NCBI GenBank assembly: GCA_024704765.1
Contig: JAKMXF010000188.1
Coordinates: 669,715-733,714, forward strand
DNA: 64,000 nucleotides
Source of the DNA: Oopsacas minuta
Lineage: Eukaryota; Animalia; Porifera
Reading direction: 5' to 3'
Both the position numbers and the translations under genes were made by a program. Positions 45,412-58,633 of the stretch are shown one piece after another (within the stretch, counting starts at the first letter, position 1; each line of letters opens with the position of its first letter). The notes under the pieces were generated by a model that did not search any database, was not told where the DNA came from, and saw only the letters and a program-made list of their open reading frames with translations.

Positions 45412-47469
45412 TTAGAATATTTGTAGACAGTTGTCGACCTTCATGTCACCATATGTGATAATGCCAGTTTTTTCTATGAATATGCAAGAGGGACGGAATG
45501 TTTGACACAGCCCATGTCCTGTCTCACAAACTGTTTCTATGAATTTCCCATCCAAGTCGAAAACTTTGATGGAATTGTCCCAGAAATCACATATGTAGAT
45601 TCTCACTTCATCTGTGTTAGGATTTTGGAACAGGTTGAAGTTATATGCTCCTGCTATCTGATCCTCCGTGAGTATGGACTTTATGAGTTTTCCTTGTAGA
45701 GAGAACATTTGGAGAGGAGAGGGAGATCCTGTGAAGAGACATATGACGTAATCATTAGTAGTCTTCATGTCCTGTAGCCATGGATACCTGTTCGTTATCT
45801 TTGTATGCAGGATTGGTTTTAGTGGATATTCTTGATCTTTACCGAGAGGATCTAGTTGCATTCGTATTAGACTCGGCTTGAGAGTCCCCACATACAAATG
45901 CTTACTGTTAGAGGTTGTGCAACAAGCCTGTGGTATTTGGAAAGTATGTTCAAGTTTCATGTCAGATATAAGCTGACTATCTTTCCATGTGAAGCTGAAT
46001 CGTGATAGCGAACTACTTGTAGAATAGCACACGAATACAAACTGATTGAAGTTGGCCAATGAGGCTGGAGTAACCAGTGAATGAGGATGATGATACCATT
46101 CTGTAGCTGCAAGATCAATTGCTCTGTAGCGTGAGACTGTATCCCCGTATCTATCCCCTACTATTACGTTTTCTTTAATAACGATTACACTAGTGGGCGT
46201 GTCTAATTGGTGACCCTCAACTCCACCTCTATCAACACCAGATGCTACAGGAATGTTTCTCTCTGCTTTGGGTGGAGCTACTTGCATGGGCTTGTTATCA
46301 GTGTCGATCACAATTGAAGGAATGTTTATCCTGTTGGTGTAATAGTGACGGATCTTTCTAAGTACTATATCATATATTTGCTTTAATTCCTTATCGTCTT
46401 CATTCTTCCTGACAAGATATTCTAGCGACCTAGCGTCTCTGTACAGGAAAGAAAGTTCCTTGAATGTGAAAATCACATCCTTTTCAATTCTTTCCTGTAC
46501 AGTCTCTATCACTCTGCATTTCCTTTCTATATCATCTGCATTCCTAGTTTCCAATTCGTCTCTAGCTATCGCATACTCCATCTTAAGTCTGTTAAGCCTC
46601 AGGTCATACTCCTGACGTGTGATACCCCCGGGAAGTAGGTCTCTCTTGGACGGTTTTATAGGTTTCATGTCTTTCTCTATTTCAGGATCTACATAGAAAA
46701 TGAATTCACCCTCTATTACGTGTGTCAATCCCTCTTTCATAACTTTTGAACACCAATGCTCTGGAATGGGATAATTTCTCATCTTTAAGATCTCTTTCTT
46801 CAGTCTCAGTCTTAAAGATTCGTATCTGTTTACAATTATACTCTCGATTTGTTTGGGAAGTTCAATGCTTAGTTGGTTCTGAATTTTATAAATCTTTTTC
46901 TCAGCTGTCACCTTCCACATAATGAGACCGTTTAGGGAGTACAGAGAAGGTTCTGCTAGAGTTCTCTCTATATAGAAGAGGCTCTCTTTGTATTCGATAG
47001 GGAGCCAATTATTGATAACTAGTAGAGTTATTTTCTTTAAATGATGGTTGTATCGCTCCGTGAGGGAATTTCTGGATGGGACAGGGACTATTTTACTTTT
47101 TATTTTAGTATCAAATTCATTGTAAAAATGTGGTAGCTTGTTTAGAATCTTTTCGCCTAACTTTTGGTTGAATGGGACTATCATCCGTTCCATCTTCATG
47201 ACAACAGTTGATATCCATTCAATCATTTTGTACTCCTTGATTATGACGCAGAAGCGATCCTTTACAGAGTCACGCATTTCTGTGGACAGTATTGAAGCCT
47301 CTTTGGAGTATAGCGTTTCCATTTCCAACTCAAATCCTTTAATCAATTTTCGAATTTCGCTAACTTCGATTGCTTCCAAGTCAATGGACCTAATTTCCTT
47401 CAACCTATCCTCATACCTTTTGAACATCTCAGAATTTGATGGTGTTACCTGGTTCAGGTTTGTTGCCAT
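45412..47469 (-). CDS. Coiled-coil protein with degenerate NHL-like C-terminal repeats; a paralog of the gene at 1-744; intronless
   Basis: 685-aa ORF. It shares the MATN... start and the motif PV(A/V)SG(V)..GGVEG with the gene at 1-744. The C-terminus has an NHL-like YICDFWDNSIKVFDLDGKFIETV (compare YVADKSNNRVQTFNEYGKYLFKF). The long N-terminus is coiled-coil-like. Confidence 0.6.
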   Translation of the reverse strand: MATNLNQVTPSNSEMFKRYEDRLKEIRSIDLEAIEVSEIRKLIKGFELEMETLYSKEASILSTEMRDSVKDRFCVIIKEYKMIEWISTVVMKMERMIVPFNQKLGEKILNKLPHFYNEFDTKIKSKIVPVPSRNSLTERYNHHLKKITLLVINNWLPIEYKESLFYIERTLAEPSLYSLNGLIMWKVTAEKKIYKIQNQLSIELPKQIESIIVNRYESLRLRLKKEILKMRNYPIPEHWCSKVMKEGLTHVIEGEFIFYVDPEIEKDMKPIKPSKRDLLPGGITRQEYDLRLNRLKMEYAIARDELETRNADDIERKCRVIETVQERIEKDVIFTFKELSFLYRDARSLEYLVRKNEDDKELKQIYDIVLRKIRHYYTNRINIPSIVIDTDNKPMQVAPPKAERNIPVASGVDRGGVEGHQLDTPTSVIVIKENVIVGDRYGDTVSRYRAIDLAATEWYHHPHSLVTPASLANFNQFVFVCYSTSSSLSRFSFTWKDSQLISDMKLEHTFQIPQACCTTSNSKHLYVGTLKPSLIRMQLDPLGKDQEYPLKPILHTKITNRYPWLQDMKTTNDYVICLFTGSPSPLQMFSLQGKLIKSILTEDQIAGAYNFNLFQNPNTDEVRIYICDFWDNSIKVFDLDGKFIETVCETGHGLCQTFRPSCIFIEKTGIITYGDMKVDNCLQIF

Positions 47470-49082
47470 TTCAAATATACTTTTAAGTCAGTTTAGATTT
47501 TCGTTAATAGAAATATTGTAGCAATTCTTTTTATAGAAATATTTCTTCTTCATAATTTGAAGATAAATTAAGTTATACTTTTAATGTGAAGTAATGTGTT
47601 TCAGAATGTGGCTTACTCGAAACAATTGATTACACAATTGTTTATTCTGAAAATCATACATTTCTGAAACTGAAATGATTAGAAATGTTGTTTGTAAGAA
47701 TTTATTCATTTCCGAGATCACTTCATGTACGTACATACATACATTAACCAGAAACGTAAAGTTTAGGGCATAGAGAATAAATACCTGTAACTCCAAAACT
47801 GATGGAGTTATACTATGTTAGGCCGGTTTTAATTTGGATGGTGGACAAATGTTCACTGTCGACCAACTTTGAACCGTTAAAACCTTAAAATCCATCAGTT
47901 TGGTAAGTATAGGTTCATGTTCAGATTCTATCAAATACCCTGCCGAATTTTTGCTGTGACCTCCGATTAGTTTTCCAATTAAGCGAAGTGGAATATAATG
48001 TTCGTATAAAAATGCGAAATGCCATATATTTATTTCTACGAAAGTCAAATTCAATACAGAACACCCTCGCTAATCCGAACAACACTATTCCAGTTACAAA
48101 ATAAATCTTTCGAATTAGTGAATTGCATTGAGTCCAGCGGCGTTGGAAGCGAATTTCAAGTGAGGGGGGCCGATTTCTGAATTCAAATAAGTGTTAATAA
48201 ACAATGTATTTATGTAAAGAAAATACATTTTTTGGGTCTCCTGAGATAAGAGACGCTATTTGGTAATTACATTAAAAATATTGTCTAGGTCAAGGCTTTT
48301 GATATGGCGGATCAACCCCATTTTTGACACACCGGACATTTGCCAATACACCCGTGCAACTGTTCCAGCTTTGCAATCCACTACAAGTGGCGCTCCTACC
48401 TAACTAACAAGTAACAACACCGGTCTATGTTATGTGATTCTCTATCTTTGATAGAAATCTGATGATATTGTATTAGCATTTTATAATTAGATGCAAAGAT
48501 ATTTCAAGTACTGTGTCTATTCCCGTTGTCAGGGTAACATTTGATTATCGATTCTCTCTCAAAATTATAATTTTAGTTACAGGTATAATAGAATTCATCA
48601 ATTTGTAATGCAATCTAAATTTAGATTCTTTGGAAAAGTGATAGGTATCAGGTTCTGGTAGCAGTAGGTATTCTGTTTCACTAGCTGGAGTATCTCTTAT
48701 TATTATAAATCACTTTTACAAGAGAATGCCTTTTTATTTATCTTTGTTATCTGTCTTACCTCCCATCTCTATTCATTCTATTCTGCACTCAACCAACATC
48801 AGAAAAATATTGACAGTAGTCCTGATTCTAGATTTCTAATATTAGCATACCTCTTCTAATAATTTTTTGGGATCTTCGAAAAATCCCCTGAAATTATTAT
48901 CCAATCCAGGGATCCCGAGTGGGTTATCAAGTATGTTTAGGTATAAATTTCTACTGTCTAGCTGTCCCTTGATATTCTAATCCAGAGTCTACTATACTCA
49001 CTGGTATTGAAGACAATAATCTCTGTATACAATTAGTAGGGCTTATTTAGTTTGTATTCAGTTTATTGATTTAGTGTGTAGA

Positions 49083-52000
49083 ATGCAGAAGGTTGGTGAT
49101 AAGGTTATAGGGATACGTCCTCTACACTATGTCCACATACTCAACAGAAACAATAATGTAACATCTCTTGACCTTGGTCCAAAGAACTTAGTCCTGAAGG
49201 AACACGAGTCTCTGATCAAAGGACCCTTCGCTCACGTTATTCTACACCCAGGACAGTATTGTGTGATATCTGACCCTGTTATTAGGGAAGCGGAGGATAG
49301 AACTGTTGAAGGTATTCCCTATGCTCAGAGGTTCGGAGAGCATGAAGTCAAACTTTATGGTGAACCATTTCCTCTGTACCCTGGAGAGACAATGAAAGTA
49401 GCACCAAAGTCTCTTCCTATAGTACTAGCTAATCACGCTATCAAGCTAGAGGCCAAGAAGGATTTTATCGTGAGTCTTAGCTTATTAGAATACTATAATA
49501 TTAATCATCTTTATTATATTTAAAACCCGTTAAATTCACACTGCATTAATTCCTACTTTCCTTGCGCCGTGTAAGAATATTTGTCTATAGAATATATTAC
49601 TACCTGGCGGGGAACATATCCTGATTAGTGCTTTCAATTACGTACCATTATTGTACATGATAACTTAAATATAGAAAATATCAGATCAGAAGTTTCCTTC
49701 ATAACCGTCCTGTACAGTCAACTCGTATTGACTCTATACCAAGTTAGGCCAGTGTGTTATAGTTCATACCTCGAGAACCTTTAGTTCTTTTGGTATTAAT
49801 TAAATGTATTATTATTATTGGATAGGAAGTCATGTTTGTGGTTTGTGAGTTTTTTCGGATTCACACCTTGAGTCATAATAAACATAGGATATTTATTAGT
49901 AGCGACAATATTAAATAATACCCTTTTTTGGATGGAATAAATATGGTATTGATATTTAGCAATACACATAATCTATCTCTGCAAACTATTCCATGTCGAA
50001 ATGACGTAATCTGATTACTTACTTAGCAGATTTGTCAACAAATGCTCTTATTAATTGATTATTTATTGAGTTTAAAACCTCAGCCGAAGTGACAATTAAT
50101 ACATTTACGATGGCATAATTCATTCAATAGGATCTAAGGCTATTTTCATGCAAAATTTCAAAATTTTATTTGATAATGTTTGCACATTCCAGAGTTATAG
50201 ATGCAACCATGGATGCCACATTTTTGCTGATATTCATCTATAACTCAACAACCTTCAATGTTATGCCAAGCTAAATTATCTTACTTACATACACCCTGAT
50301 TATACATTTTGAAATGACATCTCTGATGATTATGATGTAATCTTGAAAATGACCATATACGATATTATTCATGACTGCACTATATTCTGAAACTCTTACT
50401 ACGAATATCACAATAACCACCTTTACAACATGTGCACGTTTAAGATTACCTCATCAATTTATAAATACTTCATAAATTCACAATTCTAATATATTATTAC
50501 CTAAGTTGGATATTGTGTGATTTGTGTCCTACACACAACGCTTAGTTCTCACCCTATAGTTATGCAAATGCACGGCTAAACACATATAATTGCTAGTGTA
50601 ATATTACCAGCGAGTAGGCTGTGTAGACTAATTAATCTTACTTGGCATGAAATGCAAATATTTGTAATATTCTAATTTGACTGTTAATAAGTAATGAAAT
50701 ATTTAATCTTAATAATCATTAGAATTCTTAAATATAATTAGTATTACACTTTGAAATTGCTGGGTGTATTTTACCGTCTTTTACTTTTACAAATGCCTTA
50801 ACTTGTTCTGTTTAGGATGGAGAGATAGAACGAAAAGCTGGAGACATCTGGCAACTGAAAGGTCCTCTTACCTACACTCCTCAGCCTGAAGTAGATATAA
50901 AGGGTAATGTATCCCCTATCGTGATAAAACCAGACCATGGACTAAAGGTAGTCGCTACAAGGGACTTCGTCGATGAAGAAGGAGTAGATCGTCTGACTGG
51001 ACATATGTGGATGGTCACGAAGACTGGGGCTTATCTGCTGGGTGTGTTTGAGAATTTGGTTGAGCGGATTGAACCTCACACAATTACAGAGAATAATTGT
51101 CTGCATATGAAGTAAGTATGTGTAAATTTAGTATTAATTTACCTGAATTAGGTGGATATTGAAATATCAGTTCGATATCTATAAAGTTAGAATTTAGTGT
51201 TGTTTGCCAGTAAAGACATCGGCTATGCAGCTTTACACATTTGCAATTGTCGATTTCAACTTTTAGCTTATTCTACAACGAATAAGTTATTGTAACTAAT
51301 TTCTAGAGCTATAGTGAGATTCACAGATGTGTTTGGGAGAGATCACGCTGCTGGAGAAGAGTGGCTAGTGACGCTAGAACAAACTGAGACATATCTCCCT
51401 TGTGTGGAGGAGGAACTGGTACAAGTAGTAGATAAGACAATACTGGGCCCTCACCAGTTTTGTGTCATCTTAAACCCAATTGGGGAAGACGGACACAACA
51501 AGCTAGGGAGGCGACTGGTAGTGAAGGGACGTATCAGTTTCTTTTTAAGACCAGGAGAGAGACTAGAGAATGGGATACAGCAGGATTATCTATTGGAAGC
51601 TGATCAGTCTCTGCTGGTACAGGCAACAGAAGAGTTCACTGAGGAAGGTTATTATCTTATTGACTATACAGTCAACTCCCCGTTATATCGAACACAGATA
51701 TATCGAAGTAATTATCGCGGTCACTTGAGCCTCGATATAACAGGAGTTGACTGTAGATTAATATGAATACCAACAGACCGTAGGAATTTATACTCTTTCT
51801 CTGGAGTATTATTAACAGAAGTTGATTTTCAGCAATTTTGGGTGAGGGAACTTTGAAGAGAACAATTTGCCAGTTGGTGTAACGAGTATATTATGTGGAC
51901 AGCTCATTTACGTTGAAATCTTATAGGAGAGGAGAGACGTGTACGTCAATCAGGAGAGAAATGGCTTATCCTTGGTCCCTGTGAATACATACCTGATCAG

Positions 52001-55000
52001 TCTACTAGCGTTATTGCTAAGAGGAAAGCTCTCTCTCTCAATCAGAATGAAGGAGTTTATGTCAGAAATGTAACAGACGGTAAGATACGTTCTGTGCTAG
52101 GCCCACAGTGTTACATTTTAAAGGCAGATGAAGAACTCTACGAGAAGCCCCTCTCTCCAGAATGTGAGAAGATCCTGAAACAAGGTGGATACTCCTCAAC
52201 ATCTGATGATGTCAGGAAGATAGCTTATTTTGAGAATTCTATCGATCCTATTCTTAGCTCAGGGAAGAGAGATAGAACTAAGGTTATCACGTACAGGTGA
52301 GGGATATTTTGAAAGTTATAATGTTTTGATAATATAATTTATCTTAAAATATATATCAAATGAGACTCGCTGAAATATCAGATAACAGGTTTCTTATACT
52401 AGTTATATCTTCAATTACGGTGTTTGATTCTACCGACGATATATTAACCGTTAGAAATTTCGCTAGAATTATTCTCCATTGATATAATTTCTTTCATAAG
52501 AGCGTTTAAATCGTCAATCTTAATATACTCTATCTCTATCTATGTCATAGAAACCTCTGATTGTAGTTTAGTTTATGTCTGTCTTACTTTATCTCTTCCG
52601 CTTTTATGTTTGTTATTGTTATTAATACGCGGAAATAACGTTATTAATAGCAATGTTTCTACTCAAGTACTATCGCTATATTACAATTATTCATGTATGG
52701 TTACTGTATTGAAATATGAGAAGTACTTATCAGTTGTAATAAATTCCATTTATTCGGTACATATCTACTCCTAATGTTATTGCTTTATTTACTAGTACAA
52801 GCAGTGGCTACCTGCACAAGCAGGTAAGCTGTGTGTTATTCAAATATAGATGTTAGCACAAATTATCTTCGGTGTTACACAGATTAATATATGGCCACAG
52901 TTTGTACGTTAATGCACATTCTTTAAGTAGTTTGTAGACGTGAGGAAGTTCGCGGTTTTGCTCACTGGCACGGCAAAATGTATATTTTATGTGCTTAAGT
53001 GCGGGTTATTTAATTACATGCATGCTGAATACTTTAGTTTTACCTAGACCTGTCGGTACTACTTTATTAACCTGATTTGTTCCAGCTCCCTTAATTTCAT
53101 GAGGCTACTGGATCGATAGGATATCTATCATTTAGATTAGGAGCTTATTATGGGAGGAATTCATAGTCAATGAAATTGATAATCTTCATGATGGGACAGA
53201 TGGGTTTTAGAAAAATATATATTTTCTAATATTTACTCGTGATAAATTACGTAATTAAATCTTTGTGCTCCAAATCGCGTTAATAAGAGCATATCATATA
53301 ACTTCCGAGAAATAGCGAGATTAAGAGTTGTATTTTCCTCTGTGTTTTAGACGGGACGTGACATAATATTCAAAGCTATAACCTGAATAATTCCGCATTT
53401 TGGCATTTTTTTAAATTAAAAATCCTTCTAATCAGTAGTATATTTAGTCTATTTCTCCAAATATAATTACTCCAGGTAATGAAACTGATGATAAAGTACT
53501 TATAAAATTGCGACTGTCCGGTGTTAGTGCTAGTGAGTATATCATAATTATAATTAGGTATAATAATCTTAATATATTATCTATCTGATAATATACACTT
53601 GCAAAACTGCAATTAGGCAATATTATCTGACATTCAATTATAAATCCATTAGTTATATTGTTGTTTATAGCATCCCTGCGTCTGCTGCACCTTACTTCTT
53701 CCTTATTATAGCTATTATCTTCTTATTTATGTAAATCTGATCAATATTCACTTTTTAAACTACATAATTAAACAGTTTACCTACATTTTGTAGATAAGTT
53801 TGTTAGTAGTTGAGTCTACTGCTAGTTAATATGATATATATTATTCCATAACTTGCAAACGAATAGTTCAATATTCGGTTCAATCAACTCCGGTTATAAC
53901 TAATGCTCAGAACCATTATTTCATTTCAACTCAACTACTTGCAAGCAATGTATATGTTTATTATATTATAATGCCCGTGATACATGGCTATTATATATAT
54001 ATGGAAGTTTGTAAGGCATTCTAAACCATTGTCATCAGCAAGGAGTATAAAGTATTATATGATATTCTATTAAATCTGCAGGTAGCGTAGTGTGTCAGTT
54101 GTGTTTGTAATAGTATTACTTTTATGCCATTAAAATGACTAGTTTTGTATATATTCTGTCCAATCTCTGTACAACTAGTCTACTAGCTTATTTCTAGAGA
54201 ATAGATGTTACTATTTTCCACCCTTATCATGACTTGTATATAAATTCCCAAAAGCCAGAATAAATCGGGTTATTACCAGGTTTAGCCATCAATTGAGAGT
54301 TAGAGATCTCACCTATAAACACAGCTGTTATCTCGAGTAGTAGTCAAGAGACAATACTAAGGTGTTGCTGAATAACATTCTAGAATTAACTATATATTGC
54401 CATAGTAATTCATAAATTTTGCTATCTTCTTAACATCTCTCCTAGATATTCCATGTTTGGTTAATACATTTGAAATATATTGATATTAGTATACTTGACG
54501 ATCCCATGAAATATTTCTTTCAGGTGTTCACAATTCATATTTGTAGCTATGAGATCATACCGAGATTAGTGTTAATTGTAAGTGCAAATTTGGAAAGAAT
54601 GTGTATAAGTTAATATCATTATTCTTGACTAAGTTTATTCCTATTACAGAGCGTCTTCAACTTGGTAATCTTGCTTGTAGCATTTGTTATGTTAGCATGT
54701 TTGTTGACGTGAGAATGCCAATTACGTTTCTTAGTCACCACAAATTCGTTTTGTGTAAGCTACAAAGATACAAAACATGAAATAGATAACAGAAATCTTG
54801 ATTCTGTATGCGTGTATATGGGCATATGCACGTGTAATTTTCGTGGGTACTGGAGACACTTAATAATGTATGCGATACTGTAAAACATTATTGCATTTGG
54901 TGTGCGGTTACGTTCCTCAATACTTGGAAGTCATACCGATTTCTTCCACCATTCTGTTTTTTTGCATTGAATATTTTCAACTAAATTCCGAGAATACTAT

Positions 55001-56767
55001 ACACATACAGTCAACTCCCGATATGTATCAAAACTCAAGGGACGGGGCGGCGATAATTATAATCAATATCCAACATCCAGTAACGCGATCCCTCAGGGGA
55101 ATTAAAAATCCGTTCGAAATAGCGAATGTTTGAGTTAACTGTTTACAAAAGTACTAAAGTTACAACCAAGGGAAAAATATTGTTTCGAGTTAAAGAATGT
55201 TAACTGTACTTCGATATTAGCAGAGTTCGATATAACCGATGAAACATGGTATTTGGACGGTTTGGGACCATATTTGTACAATTTTAGACTTGGATATATC
55301 AGTGTTCGATATAGCGGGAGTTGACAATATGTGTACATATCTTAAATGCATTGATAAACACTGATACTGCTTATTTCATTATACGTGGTACGCTTATGAT
55401 TGTGTTGCACTAATCAGCTGTGCAATTACTATTTACATTGGACTCTCGTTAAATATCATGGATTGTTAAAAACCGTACTCCTTATACAGAGTAGTAACAA
55501 CCAAATTAATATTCATTGTAAAAGCATTGATAAACTTGAGAATGTAAGTATTACCCATCTAATATTTACAAGAGTTCAATGTAATTGGCTTACTTTCTGT
55601 CAGTATTATCATCTGGTATTATCATGTAGATGTCCACACAACACAGCAATACAAGTGTATGACTATGTGAACAAGACATCTCGCGTGTTATTCGGGCCTG
55701 ATCTGGTAATGCTACAACCACACGAGAACTTCAACGTACTCAGTCTAAGTGCAGGTAAACCTAAGATGGAAGGTGCTCTCAAGTCTCTCTGTCTAATGCT
55801 AGGACCTGATTACATTACTGATAGTATTATCGTAGAGACATCTGATCACGCTAGACTATCTATATTCTACTCAGTTAATAATCACTTCGAGTACGATAGG
55901 AATAACCCAGAACAAGTCGAGAGTCTGTTTGCACTGCCAGACTTCATTGGATTTGCAGCTAGACACATTGCATCTAGGGTACGAGCGTCTGTGTCTCAAA
56001 TTAATTTTGATAACTTCCACAAACACTCAGCTGCAATTGTGAGTCGTTCTGTGTTTGGAGTAGACGCAGAAGGAAATATCGGACAGTATTACAAGTTCCC
56101 AGCTAATAACTTGGTTATAACAAACATTGATATTCGTAATATTGAGCCAGAGGACAAACACATGAGAGACAGTTTATTCAAATCTGTTACCATGGCTATT
56201 GAAATAGCGATTAACTCTACAGAAGCAGCTGCTCAACATGACGCAGAGCGACTGGAGCAGAAAGCAAGAGGTTTGTTAGAGAGGCAGAAACTAACGAATG
56301 AGCAGGAGAAGGAGAAGGCACGTAAACAGCTGTTACTGTTACAAGCAGAATGTGCTGCTATTGAATCATCAGGGATGGCTAAGGCTGAAGCACAAGCTCT
56401 GGCCGAGAAGATGCTTATTGAGTGCAAGAGCGAGATCGAGGTTAGTAAGCTCAAAGCTGAAGCTAATGAGATAGAGCTAGATTCTAAAATTAGCTTTATC
56501 AAGAAGAGTCAAGCTGCTGAGATTAAATACCAGACTGAGTTATTTGTCCTAGACCGTGATAAGACTAAATCTATGGCTGAGATAGAAATTAACAAATTTG
56601 GCTGTATGGTGGATTCGTTAGGCTCTGGTACTTTAAGGGCTATTGGACAGGCAGGCCCCACTACTCAGAAAATGCTCGAAAACACTCTTGGTTACAAGAA
56701 ACTACTCTCTAGTGGTACTACAAACCCTCTTACTTTGTTCTCTGAAGGGAAAGCTGCCTTTTCGTAA
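49083..56767 (+). CDS. MVP: Major vault protein; 5 exons
   Basis: Exons 49083-49469, 50816-51111, 51307-51647, 51927-52296, 55630-56767. Total 2532 nt, or 843 aa, with consistent phases. The match to MVP is collinear: IRPLHYVHILNRNNNVTSLDLGPK; AGDIWQLKGPLTYTPQPEV; GEEWLVT...LGPHQFCVILNPIGEDGHNKLGRRLVVKG; GEKWLILGPCEYIP; CPHNTAIQVYDY...VLFGPDL..VLSLSAGKPK; the shoulder and cap-helix region QHDAERLEQKARGLLERQKL; and the C-terminal coiled coil. Start codon taken as the first ATG, though an upstream exon is not excluded. Confidence 0.88.
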
Positions 56768-57541
56768 CGTTGCTACCCTCTCTGCATGAAAATTACCCTT
56801 TACGTGTGTATGTGTGTGTGTGGTTCTATAGTTTTTATCTTAGTAACTAGCTAACTAATTAACGGTTGTGAATATACTTTTAGATATATTCGAATTTTGT
56901 TAGATTTAGATCTACCATTCTGCCTGTTTGAAATCTTAGTTTTGTTTGAGACGAAGTGTTATTTTGTAGATATTATGTTACTATATTTATGTATTATATT
57001 AAATCAAATGTTATTTATATCTACGTGTAATGTCAGTACATTTTACAGACTGATCTCATGATATGGAACAGTTCAAAATGATTAAAATAGGCTCAAATTT
57101 ATTGAACTTTCCAAGGAAACATTATTGTAATAAGTAAATTGAAATATTAGCTCTGTTATGAACTGAGACTGTCACGAAAATTGGTCGGGACCAGTTTTGG
57201 CAGACAAAATGGGCCTGCATAGATTTTTTTGAGCTAATCCATTGAATATATTTGTCAATCCAAAACGCGGAAAGAGACGCTGTCACAACATATTGAGCCT
57301 AGCTTTCTAGGCTAATCTATTAAAAGCTAGACACTGGATGAGAATCATAGAATTTTGTTTCTAGACAGGTCCAAAAATTTATACCTGGACGAATTTTATC
57401 GGTCATGATTGGTCCGCCAGAGCCAAATTTAGCCTAACAAAAATTGGTCAGAGGATAAATTGTTAAAACTGGTCCCGGATTTTAATTTGGATCATGGTAA
57501 CCAAAATTGGGAGCTAAAGTCATACTTAACACCCTTATAAC

Positions 57542-57990
57542 CAGGGGTGTAGTGTAGGGGGAGCGGCGCTCCCCTAAGACAAATTCAAGAGGGAGAGACG
57601 CTCCCTCACTTTAACTTTATTATTGTTATTATATTATAATAAAGGTAGAATAAGTTTTCCGGAGTTGTCCTTCTTTCGTACTCTAGCCAACTCCTCTTAA
57701 TGGGGTAACATTAGCTCCAGGCCATTTCCAAACAATTAAGTGGATTAAACGTGTTGGCTCGGTCTCCGGAAGTATTTAACATCGCACTGCACTGTTTGGC
57801 CAAGTGATCCTATCAACATTGTGGCAATTTTGCATATTCTTGACCATTATAACAATGGTGCAATTGGTTTATATTACTTGTAGATTACAAAATGTTTTGT
57901 TGATTGAAAAATAACTTTGCTTTACCAATTTTGCGTAATATATTCTTGTATAAGCGCTCCCCCACTAGAAATTTGAGCACTACACCCCTG
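57542..57990. mobile_element. Non-autonomous hAT-like element (about 450 bp): 13-bp TIR CAGGGGTGTAGTG, 8-bp TSD CTTATAA(C/T)
   Basis: Left caggggtgtagtg at 57542-57554. Right cactacacccctg at 57978-57990. Flanks cttataac (57534-41) and cttataat (57991-98). A subterminal palindrome gggggagcggcgctcccc is present. Confidence 0.6.
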
Positions 57991-58633
57991 CTTATAATTG
58001 TTTCCCTGGCTATTTTTCTCCAAATCCCTGGATTTCTAATTATATATACAAATAATATGAATTTTCCCTCTATTATGAGAAAAAATCCAGGAATATTCAA
58101 TTTTTTCCTTCGATCATAAATGATAACTCAAATCCTTGGATAAGTCAGGGTACTCTGGATAGTTGGCAAGTATGTAAAGTTGTTCCGGCCAGACCAATGT
58201 GACAGGACATTATCCGATGCTATTATCTTATTAGAGAATGCTATACAACTACAATGTTCATATGGAACAGTAACCTGTAAGTTTAGTCCTATTAGATTAA
58301 CTAATTTGTTAGAAGCTTGTAAGTGAAGCTGCCATATTTTTATCTCATCAAACGAATAATGTACAAATTACCAGCTCTTTCTTGTATTCGGGAACATTCG
58401 TTACTTCAATTCTCAATTCTACCTTGGTTATACACGATTGAAGTCCCATCAATACTTCTAGGACTTGTTACGTATATTACATATAATTCTATTATAAGGT
58501 TGCGAATTAATTTGACTTACACTCGATATGCTATTTATTCAAACCTAGTATTCACAAACTTGATGCGAACACTTAATATAACTACCTCTCTAACTGTGAC
58601 AGCTACCCTATACTCCAAACACTCGTAAACTAA

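Noticed and set aside
52094-52300. ORF ending ...VITYR*
   Set aside because: It is the 3' part of MVP exon 4 read through the AG|GTGAGG donor at 52296/52297. It is not a separate gene.
56233-56502. Minus-strand 89-aa ORF
   Set aside because: Antisense to the Ala/Glu/Lys-rich coiled-coil part of the MVP last exon.
57885-58628. Small ORFs 57885-58100, 57904-58119, 58323-58628
   Set aside because: They lie in the low-complexity AT-rich region upstream of Hook, partly inside the hAT-like element. No domain or splice support.
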